A stretch of 22,782 nucleotides of DNA from an archaeon. Lineage in GTDB: Archaea; Iainarchaeota; Iainarchaeia; Iainarchaeales; CSSED10-239. This document shows, in pieces, positions 1-9,740 of this stretch. The stretch is taken from NCBI GenBank assembly GCA_035387745.1, contig DAOOON010000004.1, forward strand, positions 15,115 through 37,896, given 5' to 3'. The first letter of the stretch is position 1. Each line of letters starts with the position of its first letter. The notes under the pieces are model-generated. The model saw only the letters and a program-made list of their open reading frames with translations, ran no database searches and was not told where the DNA came from. A program made the position numbers and the translations under genes.

Positions 1-650
1 GCAGACATTATAAAAGTAGAAGCACTAAACAAATCGACTCCTGCTATAAATAATGCGATTATCCCTATTAGTGTTAAGCCTATATATAAAAATCCAAATT
101 CTCTCGCTGTTTTTTTTGGGTTTTGATGTATAAAATCGTGTCCTTCAGCCTTAACTATTTTCTTGGTATTAAGTATTTCCGAATTGATTAATCCAAAATA
201 AGCAATAAAAATAATACCAATACCCCCAATCCAAGCAACAAATGCTCTCCAAAAATTTATGCTTTTTAAAATTGGAATGTTTGGCAGAGTTGTTAGCCCT
301 GTTGTTGTTATTAAAGACATCATTTCAAAAAAAGAATCTAAAAAAGAATAACCTAAAAACACAAGTGGCAAAGACGCTAATGCCACAAATATTAACCAAA
401 CACCACAAACTATAACTAAATAGTGAATTAAATTTAAATGAATTATTTCTTTTTTTTTAATTAATTTAACCCAAATTAGACCAATTAAAAAAGAAATAAT
501 AAATGTTGCTAAATAACCAAATATAACAACATTCCCTTCTTTAAAGATTATAGAAAATATTAAAGGTATCAAAAACAGGAAACTACTATAATAGATAATT
601 AAACCTATTGTTCTAAATATCTCATTAAAATACCATCTTGTGTAATACAT
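1..650 (-). CDS. trkH: TrkH/KtrB-family K+ uptake membrane protein, N-terminal ~216 codons (gene continues past the left window edge)
   Basis: Not in the ORF track because it is open at the window edge. Hand translation from ATG at 650-648 gives MYYTRWYFNEIFRTIGLIIYY...SFFEMMSLITTTGLTT...FWRAFVAWIGGIGIIFIAYF...PKKTAREFGFLYIGLTLIGIIALFIAGVDLFSASTFIMSA with no stop down to position 3. The TTTG pore-loop-like motif, W-R-x-x-x-x-W-x-GG-x-G-I-I and the TA-x-x-x-x-x-Y-x-GLT segment match my recollection of TrkH. Confidence 0.7.
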   Translation of the reverse strand, partial: MYYTRWYFNEIFRTIGLIIYYSSFLFLIPLIFSIIFKEGNVVIFGYLATFIISFLIGLIWVKLIKKKEIIHLNLIHYLVIVCGVWLIFVALASLPLVFLGYSFLDSFFEMMSLITTTGLTTLPNIPILKSINFWRAFVAWIGGIGIIFIAYFGLINSEILNTKKIVKAEGHDFIHQNPKKTAREFGFLYIGLTLIGIIALFIAGVDLFSASTFIMS

Positions 651-723
651 TTTTTTTCTTATTTTTAGAATCTTATAGTAAATAGTAACTAAAATATATT
701 TAAATGTATTTGCTTTTATTAGT

Positions 724-1212
724 TTAAATTTCTATTTTTAAAAATTGAACTAATAACATTAAAATGCTAATAAAAAATAAAGAAAAATAATAAAGCCAGG
801 ATTTTTTTGTTTTATATAAATAATAAAAAATTGCAATTCCAAAGATTAAACCTAGTAGATAAACTATTGCTGGTGTTTGATAAAAAAATATCCCAATGGT
901 GACAAGCGCTGTTGCTAAAGGAACTACCATAAATGTTGCTTTCCAGAAATCTGGTAATTTTGATTTGTGTAAAATCAACCAAGAAATTAAAAAAATAAAT
1001 ATTAAAAATAATATGCGCATTATTCCAGGAATAATTATATAGGGAGAATGCTCATTAAATTGTATAAATAACCCAAACAGCCTACTTAATAACCCTTGAA
1101 AAACCGCAGCTAATAGGAAGGTCAAAATTAGAAGAACATAACCAATAACAATAATTCCAATACCAGATATTATCTTTTCTAGAATCGGATTTTTAAATAA
1201 TTTTGAGCTCAT
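724..1212 (-). CDS. Polytopic membrane protein of unknown function (162 aa)
   Basis: Track ORF 724..1293, trimmed to the internal ATG at 1212 (MSSKLFKNPILEK...) because codons upstream of it overlap the tRNA gene at 1242-1316. Strongly hydrophobic, with about 5 predicted TM segments. No recognisable family motif. Confidence 0.55.
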   Translation of the reverse strand: MSSKLFKNPILEKIISGIGIIVIGYVLLILTFLLAAVFQGLLSRLFGLFIQFNEHSPYIIIPGIMRILFLIFIFLISWLILHKSKLPDFWKATFMVVPLATALVTIGIFFYQTPAIVYLLGLIFGIAIFYYLYKTKKSWLYYFSLFFISILMLLVQFLKIEI

Positions 1213-1241
1213 AATTTTCTCGTTTTTAAAATATTTTAACG

Positions 1242-1316
1242 CAGGTCGGGCGGGATTCGAACCCGCGATCCCAAGCTTAGGAGGCTTGTGCACTATCCAA
1301 ACTATGCTACCGGCCT
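1242..1316 (-). tRNA. tRNA-Arg (anticodon CCU)
   Basis: The reverse complement folds by hand into a cloverleaf. Acceptor AGGCCGG/CCGACCU has one C4-A69 mismatch. D-stem GCAU/GUGC. Anticodon stem CAAGC/GCUUG with loop CU-CCU-AA. Variable loop of 5 nt (GGAUC). T-arm GCGGG-UUCGAAU-CCCGC. Discriminator G. No encoded CCA. Confidence 0.85.
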
Positions 1317-1411
1317 TTTTTCTAAAAAGAATAACCTTTTTAAATACTAAGTTTTTCTATATATAATATATTTATGAGAGTGTTTAAAAAGATTAAGGCA
1401 ATGCATAAAAC

Positions 1412-1981
1412 ATGTCTAAGAAAATATTAATAATGCTTGGACCAGCAGGAAGTGGAAAAAGCACACAGGACAAACTGATAGAAAATGAATTTGGATATAA
1501 ACCTTTTATCATGGGAGACATACTAAGAGAAGAAGTTAAGAAAGGAACCACCCTTGGTAAAAGAATACATGCTTTGATAAAAGATGGTCACTTAGTAACT
1601 TTAGAAATGGCAAGCGACCTAATCTTTGATAAAGTAAAAAAGTCTAAAGCTAAAAAAATAATAATGGATGGATTCCCTAGAGAATATTATCAATCAATTG
1701 TTTTTGATTATTTTATAAAAACAAACAACTATAAGTTGATGGGCGTTATACATCTTAACCTTTCTAGAAACGAAAGCATAAAGAGATTACTATTAAGAAA
1801 ACGAAACGACGATGAATTAAAGGCCATTAACCAAAGACTTGATGATTATCAGGGCATTACAATAAAAGCAATAGACAGATACAAAAAAGAAAATAAAATC
1901 ATAGAGGTAAATGGAGAACAAAAAATAGATTGCGTTTTCAAAGAAATAAAAACAAAATTAAATAAAATTAAAGGTATATAA
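1412..1981 (+). CDS. adk: Adenylate kinase (short form)
   Basis: P-loop LGPAGSGKSTQ at the N-terminus, followed by GDILREEVKKGTTLGK and LMDGFPR-like (IMDGFPRE) motifs typical of the adenylate kinase family. 189 aa. Confidence 0.8.
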   Translation: MSKKILIMLGPAGSGKSTQDKLIENEFGYKPFIMGDILREEVKKGTTLGKRIHALIKDGHLVTLEMASDLIFDKVKKSKAKKIIMDGFPREYYQSIVFDYFIKTNNYKLMGVIHLNLSRNESIKRLLLRKRNDDELKAINQRLDDYQGITIKAIDRYKKENKIIEVNGEQKIDCVFKEIKTKLNKIKGI

Positions 1982-1984
1982 AAC

Positions 1985-3619
1985 ATGATTCAAGATCCCA
2001 GAATTATAGACAATATAAAGAAATTAAAAGAATTGGGCATGAGTAATGATGACATAAAAGACAATCTTATAAAGATGGGGCTTTCCTCTGATGATTGTGA
2101 TGAACTAATTGCGGCTTCAAATGAAGACGAAAATAAAAATCGAAAACTTCAAGAAAAAGAACAAAAGAAAGAAAAAATAAAAAAAGAAGAAATCTTTAGT
2201 GAACCAAAAAAAAATGAACCCGCAGAAATTCCAGAAACTCTATTTCAAGAAGATAATAAAATTGATGCATTAAAAGAAGAAGTTTCTTTTACTATTAAAG
2301 ACGACTTTTCTGAAATTCCGGATTTAACTAGTGGATTAGATGTTGACCAATTAAATAATAGTGATACAGACATTAATTTTAATGCCCCTGACTTATCCAG
2401 AGAAGAAGAAAAAATAAAATTTGAAAAACCAAAAAATAAAGACTTTGATATTATTAAAAGCATAGATTTAGATAAAATAAACGCCGCTAAATTAATTGAT
2501 ACAACGCCTTCTGAAACGTTAAAAGAATTGGATGCAAATTCAAATATTTGGGGATCTGGATTAGCAACCACATTAAACGCAAGATTAAATGAAATAGATG
2601 AAAAACAAGAAAATTTTGAAAAGCTGCTTAAGAAAAAAATGGAAGACGAAGTAAAAAAATTTAAACAAATCCAAGAAACTTCAAAACAATTACTTGCTCA
2701 AAAAATTGATGAAGAACTTGCAAGTAGAACTGCCAACATTAATTCTCAATTAACAAAACAACTTGCACAGATAAAGGTAGAATTAATAAAAATTAATAAA
2801 AAATCAGACCAGATGACTACTGGCAAACAAGAAGTTGAAGATCTTATAAAAAGGTTAAAAGAAATACAAACACAAGTTTTAGAAAACAATAATAAATCAC
2901 AAGAAAATATAAACAGAATGGTGTTGTCAACCTCTGTAAAGTTAAACACTAAGATCAAAGAAATAAATGACATCTTAGCTTTGCAATCCAAAATTACACA
3001 AGGACTAATAAAAAATACACAAACAGCAATAACTAATGAAATAAAAAAATTCAACCAATTTAAAGAAGAACTTGAAAATAAAATCAACCCTCAGCAGATG
3101 TATGATAAACTTAATCAATTAGAAACATTTAAACAGCAATTAGCAAGCAGATATGAAACCCGTTTTGAAAACGTAAAAAGAGAATTTTTAATTAAAGCAA
3201 AAGATGCATTTAAAGAAGAAATTGAAACCCAACTAAAAGAATTAAAAAATATTAAAGAAACAATTGTAGCTAAAACTGACCCTAAATTGATTAGTGACAA
3301 ATTAGAAGAACTTGAATCTTTCCAAAACCATTTAATTTCTGCAATAGATGAAAAAATATCTCAATCTCTTAAGATTTATCAATCTGCAATGACTCAGGAC
3401 ATCTCTTCTAAGGCAAAAACCATTGATGAAGAAGTTGTTAAAGTTGAAAATGCAATCGTAAAATTAGGAGACGCAGAAGATAAGATAAAAGAATTAGATC
3501 AGTTTAAAGACCAATTTATCGCAATAATTGATAAAAATATCGAAAGAATGAATGCTACTTATAGTAAATTCGAACAGAAACTAAAAGAAATAGAAGATAA
3601 ACAAAAACTGATGATATAA
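1985..3619 (+). CDS. Lys/Glu/Gln-rich coiled-coil protein of unknown function (544 aa)
   Basis: Long ORF starting 4 nt after the adk stop. The N-terminal ~45 aa hold two short helical repeats (LKELGMSNDDIKDNLIK / MGLSSDDCDELIAAS). These are followed by an acidic linker and ~350 aa of heptad-like K/E/Q-rich sequence. No enzymatic motif. Confidence 0.6.
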   Translation: MIQDPRIIDNIKKLKELGMSNDDIKDNLIKMGLSSDDCDELIAASNEDENKNRKLQEKEQKKEKIKKEEIFSEPKKNEPAEIPETLFQEDNKIDALKEEVSFTIKDDFSEIPDLTSGLDVDQLNNSDTDINFNAPDLSREEEKIKFEKPKNKDFDIIKSIDLDKINAAKLIDTTPSETLKELDANSNIWGSGLATTLNARLNEIDEKQENFEKLLKKKMEDEVKKFKQIQETSKQLLAQKIDEELASRTANINSQLTKQLAQIKVELIKINKKSDQMTTGKQEVEDLIKRLKEIQTQVLENNNKSQENINRMVLSTSVKLNTKIKEINDILALQSKITQGLIKNTQTAITNEIKKFNQFKEELENKINPQQMYDKLNQLETFKQQLASRYETRFENVKREFLIKAKDAFKEEIETQLKELKNIKETIVAKTDPKLISDKLEELESFQNHLISAIDEKISQSLKIYQSAMTQDISSKAKTIDEEVVKVENAIVKLGDAEDKIKELDQFKDQFIAIIDKNIERMNATYSKFEQKLKEIEDKQKLMI

Positions 3620-5500
3620 TCAGTTTCTCTTTATTTTAAAAATTCCTAATATAAAAAACAGCATTATTAATAAACAAATAAAGATTATACCCCCCCACAC
3701 TGAATTTCGGAGTGTTAAAAATCCTAATAACTTTGATTGGCTCTTATCTTTTTCTACATCTTCTGTTAATTTTAGCAGAATTGGTTGTTCTAAGACTTCT
3801 CCGTTATTTGATACAAATCTTAATTCTGCCTCAATATCTTCTTTTGGAATATCTCCAATATTAATTTTTGCAGAAAGTGTTTTTGTTTCTCCAGGATTTA
3901 GGGTTATTGTTTGATCAACAACTAAATCAATATTTTGCGGGATATTAGTCAATTCTATCTTATTAATTGTTATTTTATTGCCTTTATTTCTCAAGGTAAT
4001 TTCAAATTCTTTTGAACTGTTTATTTCAACAGAAAGTGTTTTTGGATATGCCAATAATTCTATATTTAGTGGCTCTGATATTTTTACAACATTAATTATA
4101 TAATCTAATTCTTCAGAAAAGTTGTTTGATGTCCCATTTATTTTAACATTTAATGAAGATAAGCCTAGTTGTGTAAAATCACCTGCTGAAACATATATTG
4201 TTACATATTCGTTGTTGTGTTTATCAACGGTTATTCTTGAATCTTGTGTTGTTGCTTCTAAATCGTTATTTGGATTAAGTTCTATTGTTATATTTTCTTT
4301 TACATCTCCTGTATTTTTAAGTAAAATCATAATTTGTATGGTTTTACCTATTGCAAGATTTAAATTTGATTCACTTAAATTCTCTATTTTAAAATCAAAT
4401 TTTGGATTTACTACTAATTTCACGTTTTTTGAAATTGACTTAAGACCATCAAAAAAATTTAATTTTAGGTTGTAAGTACCAGAAATAATCTTATCTGAAA
4501 CTGTAAAGGTAAAAACAATATTTTTGCTTTGATTTGGGTCTAAATTAAATTGACGACTAGAAATATCTACTTTGATTTCTGAATTAACATTGTCTTCAGA
4601 AATATAGAATGTTCTATTTGTATTAGAAATATTTTTTAAAGTATAAGACAACGTTTTACTTTGCCCTTTACTTATGTTTTGAGTTGTTGATGCAGAACCA
4701 GATACTGTAAAATCATTATTTGGCTCTGGGCAATCCTCTGCATAAAGAGAAAATTCTTTAATTATTTTTATCTCTTCGTTTTCTATTCTTAAGGTTAAAT
4801 CAAATTCTTCTCCATCTGTTGCATTATTAGAAACAATTACTGAATAATCTATTTCTTTTTCGTCTCTTAAATATACTGGATTAGAATATTCTGAACTTAT
4901 TACTAATTTTGGACTGCTTAAATAAATACCGTATAATCCATCACTATAGTCGTTTTCTATATCTAAAGTTATTGTATTTGTTCTGCCAATACATACATTT
5001 GTGGTTGAGAGATCCACTGAAAACTCTCCATCTTCTTCGTCTTCTGTAACTTCTATATCTGTTCTAAATTCCTCTGTATCTTGATCTTCTGAATTTAGTA
5101 ATTTAATATAAACTGTTACTTTCGAATCCGATTCATCAAGAGCAGAAACATAGAAAGAATCTGTTAATTCGGAATTTCCTGGGAGAGTATATCTCTTAGA
5201 ATAATTACATTCTAATTCATCTTCATCTTCGCAGTCTGCCCAGACTCTTATTTTTGCAACAACGGGGTTGTTATTTACTATAGTAAAACCAATCTTTGTG
5301 CTAGTGTCTTGCATTAAAGAATATATTCCTTTATCAAATATTAAATCAAGGTTACCAATTTCTGGTTCATTTGTTTCTGCAAAAACTGCTTTTGCAGTAA
5401 ATAAAGACAGTAAAATAAATATTCCAATAACGAGATATTTAAATTTATTATGACTTGATTTTTTATTATATTTTTGAAAATCATTTAATTTTGTCTGCAT
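3620..5500 (-). CDS. Secreted, C-terminally membrane-anchored cell-surface protein with repeated Ig-like (CARDB/NEW3-like) beta-sandwich modules
   Basis: Track ORF 3620..5530. The preferred start is ATG at 5500 (MQTKLN...), preceded by AGAGGA 6 nt upstream and lying 13 nt after the stop of the upstream gene. Signal/anchor segment LVIGIFILLSLFTAKAVFA. At least six repeats of the pattern x-T-L-x-L-x-N-x-G/S...; C-terminal TM VWGGIIFICLLIMLFFILGIF followed by KIKRN. Confidence 0.6.
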   Translation of the reverse strand: MQTKLNDFQKYNKKSSHNKFKYLVIGIFILLSLFTAKAVFAETNEPEIGNLDLIFDKGIYSLMQDTSTKIGFTIVNNNPVVAKIRVWADCEDEDELECNYSKRYTLPGNSELTDSFYVSALDESDSKVTVYIKLLNSEDQDTEEFRTDIEVTEDEEDGEFSVDLSTTNVCIGRTNTITLDIENDYSDGLYGIYLSSPKLVISSEYSNPVYLRDEKEIDYSVIVSNNATDGEEFDLTLRIENEEIKIIKEFSLYAEDCPEPNNDFTVSGSASTTQNISKGQSKTLSYTLKNISNTNRTFYISEDNVNSEIKVDISSRQFNLDPNQSKNIVFTFTVSDKIISGTYNLKLNFFDGLKSISKNVKLVVNPKFDFKIENLSESNLNLAIGKTIQIMILLKNTGDVKENITIELNPNNDLEATTQDSRITVDKHNNEYVTIYVSAGDFTQLGLSSLNVKINGTSNNFSEELDYIINVVKISEPLNIELLAYPKTLSVEINSSKEFEITLRNKGNKITINKIELTNIPQNIDLVVDQTITLNPGETKTLSAKINIGDIPKEDIEAELRFVSNNGEVLEQPILLKLTEDVEKDKSQSKLLGFLTLRNSVWGGIIFICLLIMLFFILGIFKIKRN

Positions 5501-5513
5501 ATACTTTCCTCTT

Positions 5514-6353
5514 TTATTTCCTATATACATATTTAATATATTTTGTTGAGAAAGATAAAATTACAATTATTAAAATAATAATTAAGATTATTTGAAAAAT
5601 TATTGAATTAAAAATAGTTGTTAGATTTATACTTTTTGTAAAAGAAACTAACCCTGTAAAAACAGAAATAACCTGTACTTTGGATTTATCTGTTTCTTTT
5701 TTTGGAAGCTCGAGGGTTACATAACCATAAACCCCATTACATCTATATTCTATTTTTGTTTCTTTTAAGTCTGTTTTAAAAACTCTAACCATTTTTGTTT
5801 CTACATCACTTGGAACAATTACAACGCCTATTGGATATTCTAGATTTATATCTTTTATTCCTATTACATCTAGTTCTTGATCTTTTTTGCTTGAATTATT
5901 AAAAAACAAATCTAATCTATAGTTTCCTGATTCTTTAACATAAACTATAGTGTGTTGTAAATCAATTGGACAACTTCTATTTGCTTTCTGAATAATCTCA
6001 AATTCTATTTTCTTAGAATTTTGTAAATACATTAACTCTATACTTGCTTTATAGGTTGAATCTAAAACATTTTCTTGAGGAGAAATAATTAAAGTAACTT
6101 CTTTAGATTCACTTGATTTAAGTGTGATTTTGTCTTCAGAAAAATAAGACTCGTAAGGAGAAGTATATGACACTAGAGAATAGGTTTGTTCTGTAGAATT
6201 TGGATTATAAACATAAAGAGTAACATAGATGGGTGTATCAACCACAGTTACTTTTTTTGGAAAAGAAACTGTTGGTGTGTTCTCTGCATAAATTATTTGC
6301 AAAGAAAATAATAAAGTAATCATTAAAACTAAAAATACATTTTTTTTAATCAT
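5514..6353 (-). CDS. Secreted, C-terminally membrane-anchored surface protein (279 aa), probable partner of the downstream 3620-5500 gene
   Basis: N-terminal signal peptide MIKKNVFLVLMITLLFSLQIIYA, a beta-rich middle region, and a C-terminal TM IIFQIILIIILIIVILSF followed by basic residues. Same strand as, and almost contiguous with, the next surface-protein gene. Confidence 0.55.
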   Translation of the reverse strand: MIKKNVFLVLMITLLFSLQIIYAENTPTVSFPKKVTVVDTPIYVTLYVYNPNSTEQTYSLVSYTSPYESYFSEDKITLKSSESKEVTLIISPQENVLDSTYKASIELMYLQNSKKIEFEIIQKANRSCPIDLQHTIVYVKESGNYRLDLFFNNSSKKDQELDVIGIKDINLEYPIGVVIVPSDVETKMVRVFKTDLKETKIEYRCNGVYGYVTLELPKKETDKSKVQVISVFTGLVSFTKSINLTTIFNSIIFQIILIIILIIVILSFSTKYIKYVYRK

Positions 6354-6474
6354 ATTTTTCTCTTTTTTTGAGTTATTAACTTATTACAGTTATACTATAT
6401 AATATATTTATATGGAGAAATGCTTATAAACTTGATTAATTTAAAAAAAACAGAAAAAAAGCTCTAGAAACAGC

Positions 6475-9400
6475 TTATCTTGCCATATCTAGGCCTATAA
6501 CTGAAGAATTACCTTTTAGAGTTACGCCAATAACCTGGTTTGCACCAGAAACAATTGTACTGTTGTGGGTAATACATATTACTGCTACTGATTTTGACAA
6601 TTCCTTGATATAATTTAGAAGGCTCTCTGAGTTTTGATCATCAAGCGCAGCATCTACTTCATCAAGAATATAGAATGGAGATTTTTTATAGGCATGTACT
6701 GCAAAAATAACAGCAAGAGCTGTTACGGTTTTTTCTCCACCAGAGATAATGTCTATGTTTTTGGTTTGGCCGTTTTTTGTTATGTTAATCATTAGCTGAG
6801 CGGTTAAAGGATCATTACCTGAAAGCTCTAAAGACCCTTTTAAGGACTTAGACATCTTTGATATGACATTTTTAAATTCAGCATTAACTTTATTGAAACA
6901 ATCCATAAAGATTGTTGTTTTTTTCATATTGATTTCATTTAGCATTGCTTCAACTTGTGCTTTTTCTGCAACAATGATATCAAATTTCTCAATAATCTCT
7001 GCATATTCCTTTGCAAGCTTTTCATAGGAATCGATTGCATTAAAATTGATATTCCCAAGAGCGTTCTTGTCTCTTTTTATTGCCCTTAGCTTTGAGTAAA
7101 GCTGCTCTATTGTAAACTCAACGGTCTCGTATTTTTCTTTAACCTCAAGCATTTTAAGACTTTGATCTGCTTGAAGAACTTTGCTTTTTAAAGTATTAAT
7201 ATTTAATCTTGCATCATTAATTTCAAGATTGATTTCTGAAATAGAAACATCAATCTCGTGTATCTGCTGATTAATCAAAGAAGACTCTTGAGAGACTTTT
7301 GATTTCTTTTGAAACATGTCCTGCTTTTTCTGGTCTTCGGTTTGGAACTTTTTGTTTATTTCTTTTATCTTGTTGTCAATCTCTAAGATTTGGTCACTAT
7401 AATTATTCATTTGAGTTTTCAGTTCTTTAAGTTTAGAATTATTTATTTCTATAAGACTAGATTTACTATCTATTTTTTCCTTTACTGTTTTTTCTTCTGC
7501 ATTCTTAGAAATTAGGCTTTGTTCTAGGATGTTTGTTTCTGAGACTAAAGAATCATATTCGTCTCTTAAGGTTGTCTGAGCACCAAGATTTAAACTTTTT
7601 AACTTATCTTCTATCTCTTGCTTTTCTTTTCTTAAAGTAACAAGTATATTATCAAGGGCGGAGGTTTCGTCTTTAATCTGTCCAAGATTTTGTGTAATTG
7701 TCTTAATGGTTGTTGTACTTGTACTTGCTGATTTTATATTGTCTGTTTTTTCAATAATCTCATCAAGAGCAGCAATATTAGTATTAAGCTTTACTTGTAA
7801 ATCTGTTAGTTCTTTATTTTTTTCGAAATGCCCTTTATTACTTGTTTCGTGGCATTTAATAATCTCTAAAAGCTTGGATTTTGCTTTTTCTAGCTCTTTT
7901 TCTGTTGCTGAAATTTTGCTTTCAAGCTCTTTTGGGTCTTTGATCAATATCTTCTTATAACAGAAGCCATCAAAGTAAAAGCCATCAATGCTTTGTGCCT
8001 TTGTCTTTGTACCTGCGTGTTCTGAAAAGATCTTTGATAGTTCTTTTTCAGATATATCAAGTGTTGTAAGAACTACAAAATTAATATTTGTGTGTTCTCC
8101 GATTTCTTTAAGGATTACAGGGATATCTTTAGAGTCCTTTAAAATTACATAATTAGAATAAATAGATTTTTGAGATTTCTCAAGAGTAACAAATTCATCT
8201 AAAAAACCAATAAAACTTTTGTGTTTTTTTAGATTTGCTTTTAACTTTTCTCTTTTGTCAAGAGCTAAAGAACTAAAAGATAGATCTTTTCTAAAACCAT
8301 TTAGTTCTATGGTTTTTTGAGATATTACTTTTTGAAGATCTTCTTTTTCTTTTTCTTCGATTTTTAATTTTTGGAATAATTTTGAGATTTCGCTTTCTAG
8401 AGTTGCTATTTCTTTTCTTTGTTTTGAGATAATTCCCTCTATTTCTTTTTTTCTTTCAAGTAGTGCCTTTGTCTCTGCTTCTTTTTCCTTGCTTTGCTTT
8501 TCAATTGTTTCTTTTTGAAACTCATAGGCTGACATCTTTGTTTTATTTGAGAAAAAATCCTCTTGCTTTTGGGTTATGTCTTTGTTTATACTTGAAAGTC
8601 TTGTGTAAAGCTCTTCTTGTATCTTTCTAACACCCTCAAATTCCTTAGAGTGCTTATTTATCTGTTCTTTAAGGTTGTCTTTTGTTTTAGATTTAAGCTT
8701 TAATTTTCCTTCTTGTTCTTTAATTATTGCTTTAACTAATTGCTCTTCTTTTTTTAGTTCTGAAAGCTCGCCAGAAAGTCTTTGGTTTTCGTTTTCTAAG
8801 TATTCTATATTTTCTTTTCTAAGATTAAGATTATTTTGAATAATCTCTTTATTTGCCTTGTTCTCTGAAAGCTCTCTACCAACTGTTGATTGTACTTTTT
8901 CTGAATGTGCAATCAAATCATTATTAATATTCTCTAATTTGTTTTCATATTCTGATATCAATAGCATTAGTTCTTTTTTCTTCTGGTTTTTAACATCAAT
9001 ATCGCTAATAAGTTTTGTAATTTTTGCTTCTTCAAGAAATAGCTCACTATTGTATTCATCTGTTTGCTTATTGTATAGATTATAACTGTAGATGTGTTCT
9101 AGACTATCAAGCTCTTTAAACTTAAGCGCTGCTTCTCTTTCTGCAGACAATTGTTCAACATATGGTTTTCTTTCGTTTAGTGCTATTGAAACTTTATCTA
9201 GTCTTTTATTTACTTTATCAAGATTATCTTGTGCTTCTTTTTTTCGTTCATCAAATAAAGAGATTCCAGAAATGTCTTCAATTATTTTTCTTCTCTCTTC
9301 TGGATTCATGTTAATTATTTTTGTAACGTCTCCCTGCTGAACAGTGTAATAGCCATCAGCAGTAATTCCGGTTTCCTCTAAAAAAGAAGTGATCTCGTTT

Positions 9401-9726
9401 AAGGCTTTTCTTTTGCCATCAAGTATACAAACAGACTTTCCTGATTCGTCTATTTCTCTAATAATGTCTATGTCTTTACCTTCGTGGTTAAAAACAACTC
9501 TAACTCTTGCTGTTCTGTCTTTAGCAGATTGGTTAACAAGATTAGCGGTCTTATCAACTCTTAGTCTTTTTAGAGAAGTAGAACCAAAACCAAAGATTAG
9601 AGCATCAATAATATTACTTTTTCCTGAACCGTTTGGACCAACAATAACTTGAAATCCTGGTTTAAAAGGTATAGTAGTATAGTCAAAGGATTTGAAATTC
9701 TTTAACACAAGCTCTTTTATATGCAT
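6475..9726 (-). CDS. smc: SMC chromosome segregation/condensation ATPase
   Basis: N-terminus MHIKELVLKNFKSF...VGPNGSGKSNIIDALIFGFG (Walker A). Long coiled-coil arms around a central hinge-like segment. C-terminus ISGGEKTVTALAVIFAVHAYKKSPFYILDEVDAALD (ABC signature plus Walker B). 1083 aa. Confidence 0.9.
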   Translation of the reverse strand: MHIKELVLKNFKSFDYTTIPFKPGFQVIVGPNGSGKSNIIDALIFGFGSTSLKRLRVDKTANLVNQSAKDRTARVRVVFNHEGKDIDIIREIDESGKSVCILDGKRKALNEITSFLEETGITADGYYTVQQGDVTKIINMNPEERRKIIEDISGISLFDERKKEAQDNLDKVNKRLDKVSIALNERKPYVEQLSAEREAALKFKELDSLEHIYSYNLYNKQTDEYNSELFLEEAKITKLISDIDVKNQKKKELMLLISEYENKLENINNDLIAHSEKVQSTVGRELSENKANKEIIQNNLNLRKENIEYLENENQRLSGELSELKKEEQLVKAIIKEQEGKLKLKSKTKDNLKEQINKHSKEFEGVRKIQEELYTRLSSINKDITQKQEDFFSNKTKMSAYEFQKETIEKQSKEKEAETKALLERKKEIEGIISKQRKEIATLESEISKLFQKLKIEEKEKEDLQKVISQKTIELNGFRKDLSFSSLALDKREKLKANLKKHKSFIGFLDEFVTLEKSQKSIYSNYVILKDSKDIPVILKEIGEHTNINFVVLTTLDISEKELSKIFSEHAGTKTKAQSIDGFYFDGFCYKKILIKDPKELESKISATEKELEKAKSKLLEIIKCHETSNKGHFEKNKELTDLQVKLNTNIAALDEIIEKTDNIKSASTSTTTIKTITQNLGQIKDETSALDNILVTLRKEKQEIEDKLKSLNLGAQTTLRDEYDSLVSETNILEQSLISKNAEEKTVKEKIDSKSSLIEINNSKLKELKTQMNNYSDQILEIDNKIKEINKKFQTEDQKKQDMFQKKSKVSQESSLINQQIHEIDVSISEINLEINDARLNINTLKSKVLQADQSLKMLEVKEKYETVEFTIEQLYSKLRAIKRDKNALGNINFNAIDSYEKLAKEYAEIIEKFDIIVAEKAQVEAMLNEINMKKTTIFMDCFNKVNAEFKNVISKMSKSLKGSLELSGNDPLTAQLMINITKNGQTKNIDIISGGEKTVTALAVIFAVHAYKKSPFYILDEVDAALDDQNSESLLNYIKELSKSVAVICITHNSTIVSGANQVIGVTLKGNSSVIGLDMAR

Positions 9727-9740
9727 TTTTGATTCTCTTT

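Noticed and set aside
1213-1293. N-terminal extension of track ORF 724..1293 (MHKPPKLGIAGSNPARPALKYFKNEKI)
   Set aside because: These codons are the reverse strand of tRNA-Arg read as protein (GSNPA comes from the T-arm GGTTCGAATCC). The real CDS most likely starts at the ATG at 1212.
7706-9652. Several + strand ORFs inside smc (7706-7960, 8858-9085, 9092-9340, 9389-9652)
   Set aside because: These are Ser/Leu/Phe-rich antisense shadows of the Lys/Glu-rich coiled-coil coding sequence. They are fully embedded in a high-confidence 1083-aa CDS. The same reasoning applies to antisense ORFs within 1985-3619, 3620-5530, 14326-15615, 18786-21248 and 21529-22640.
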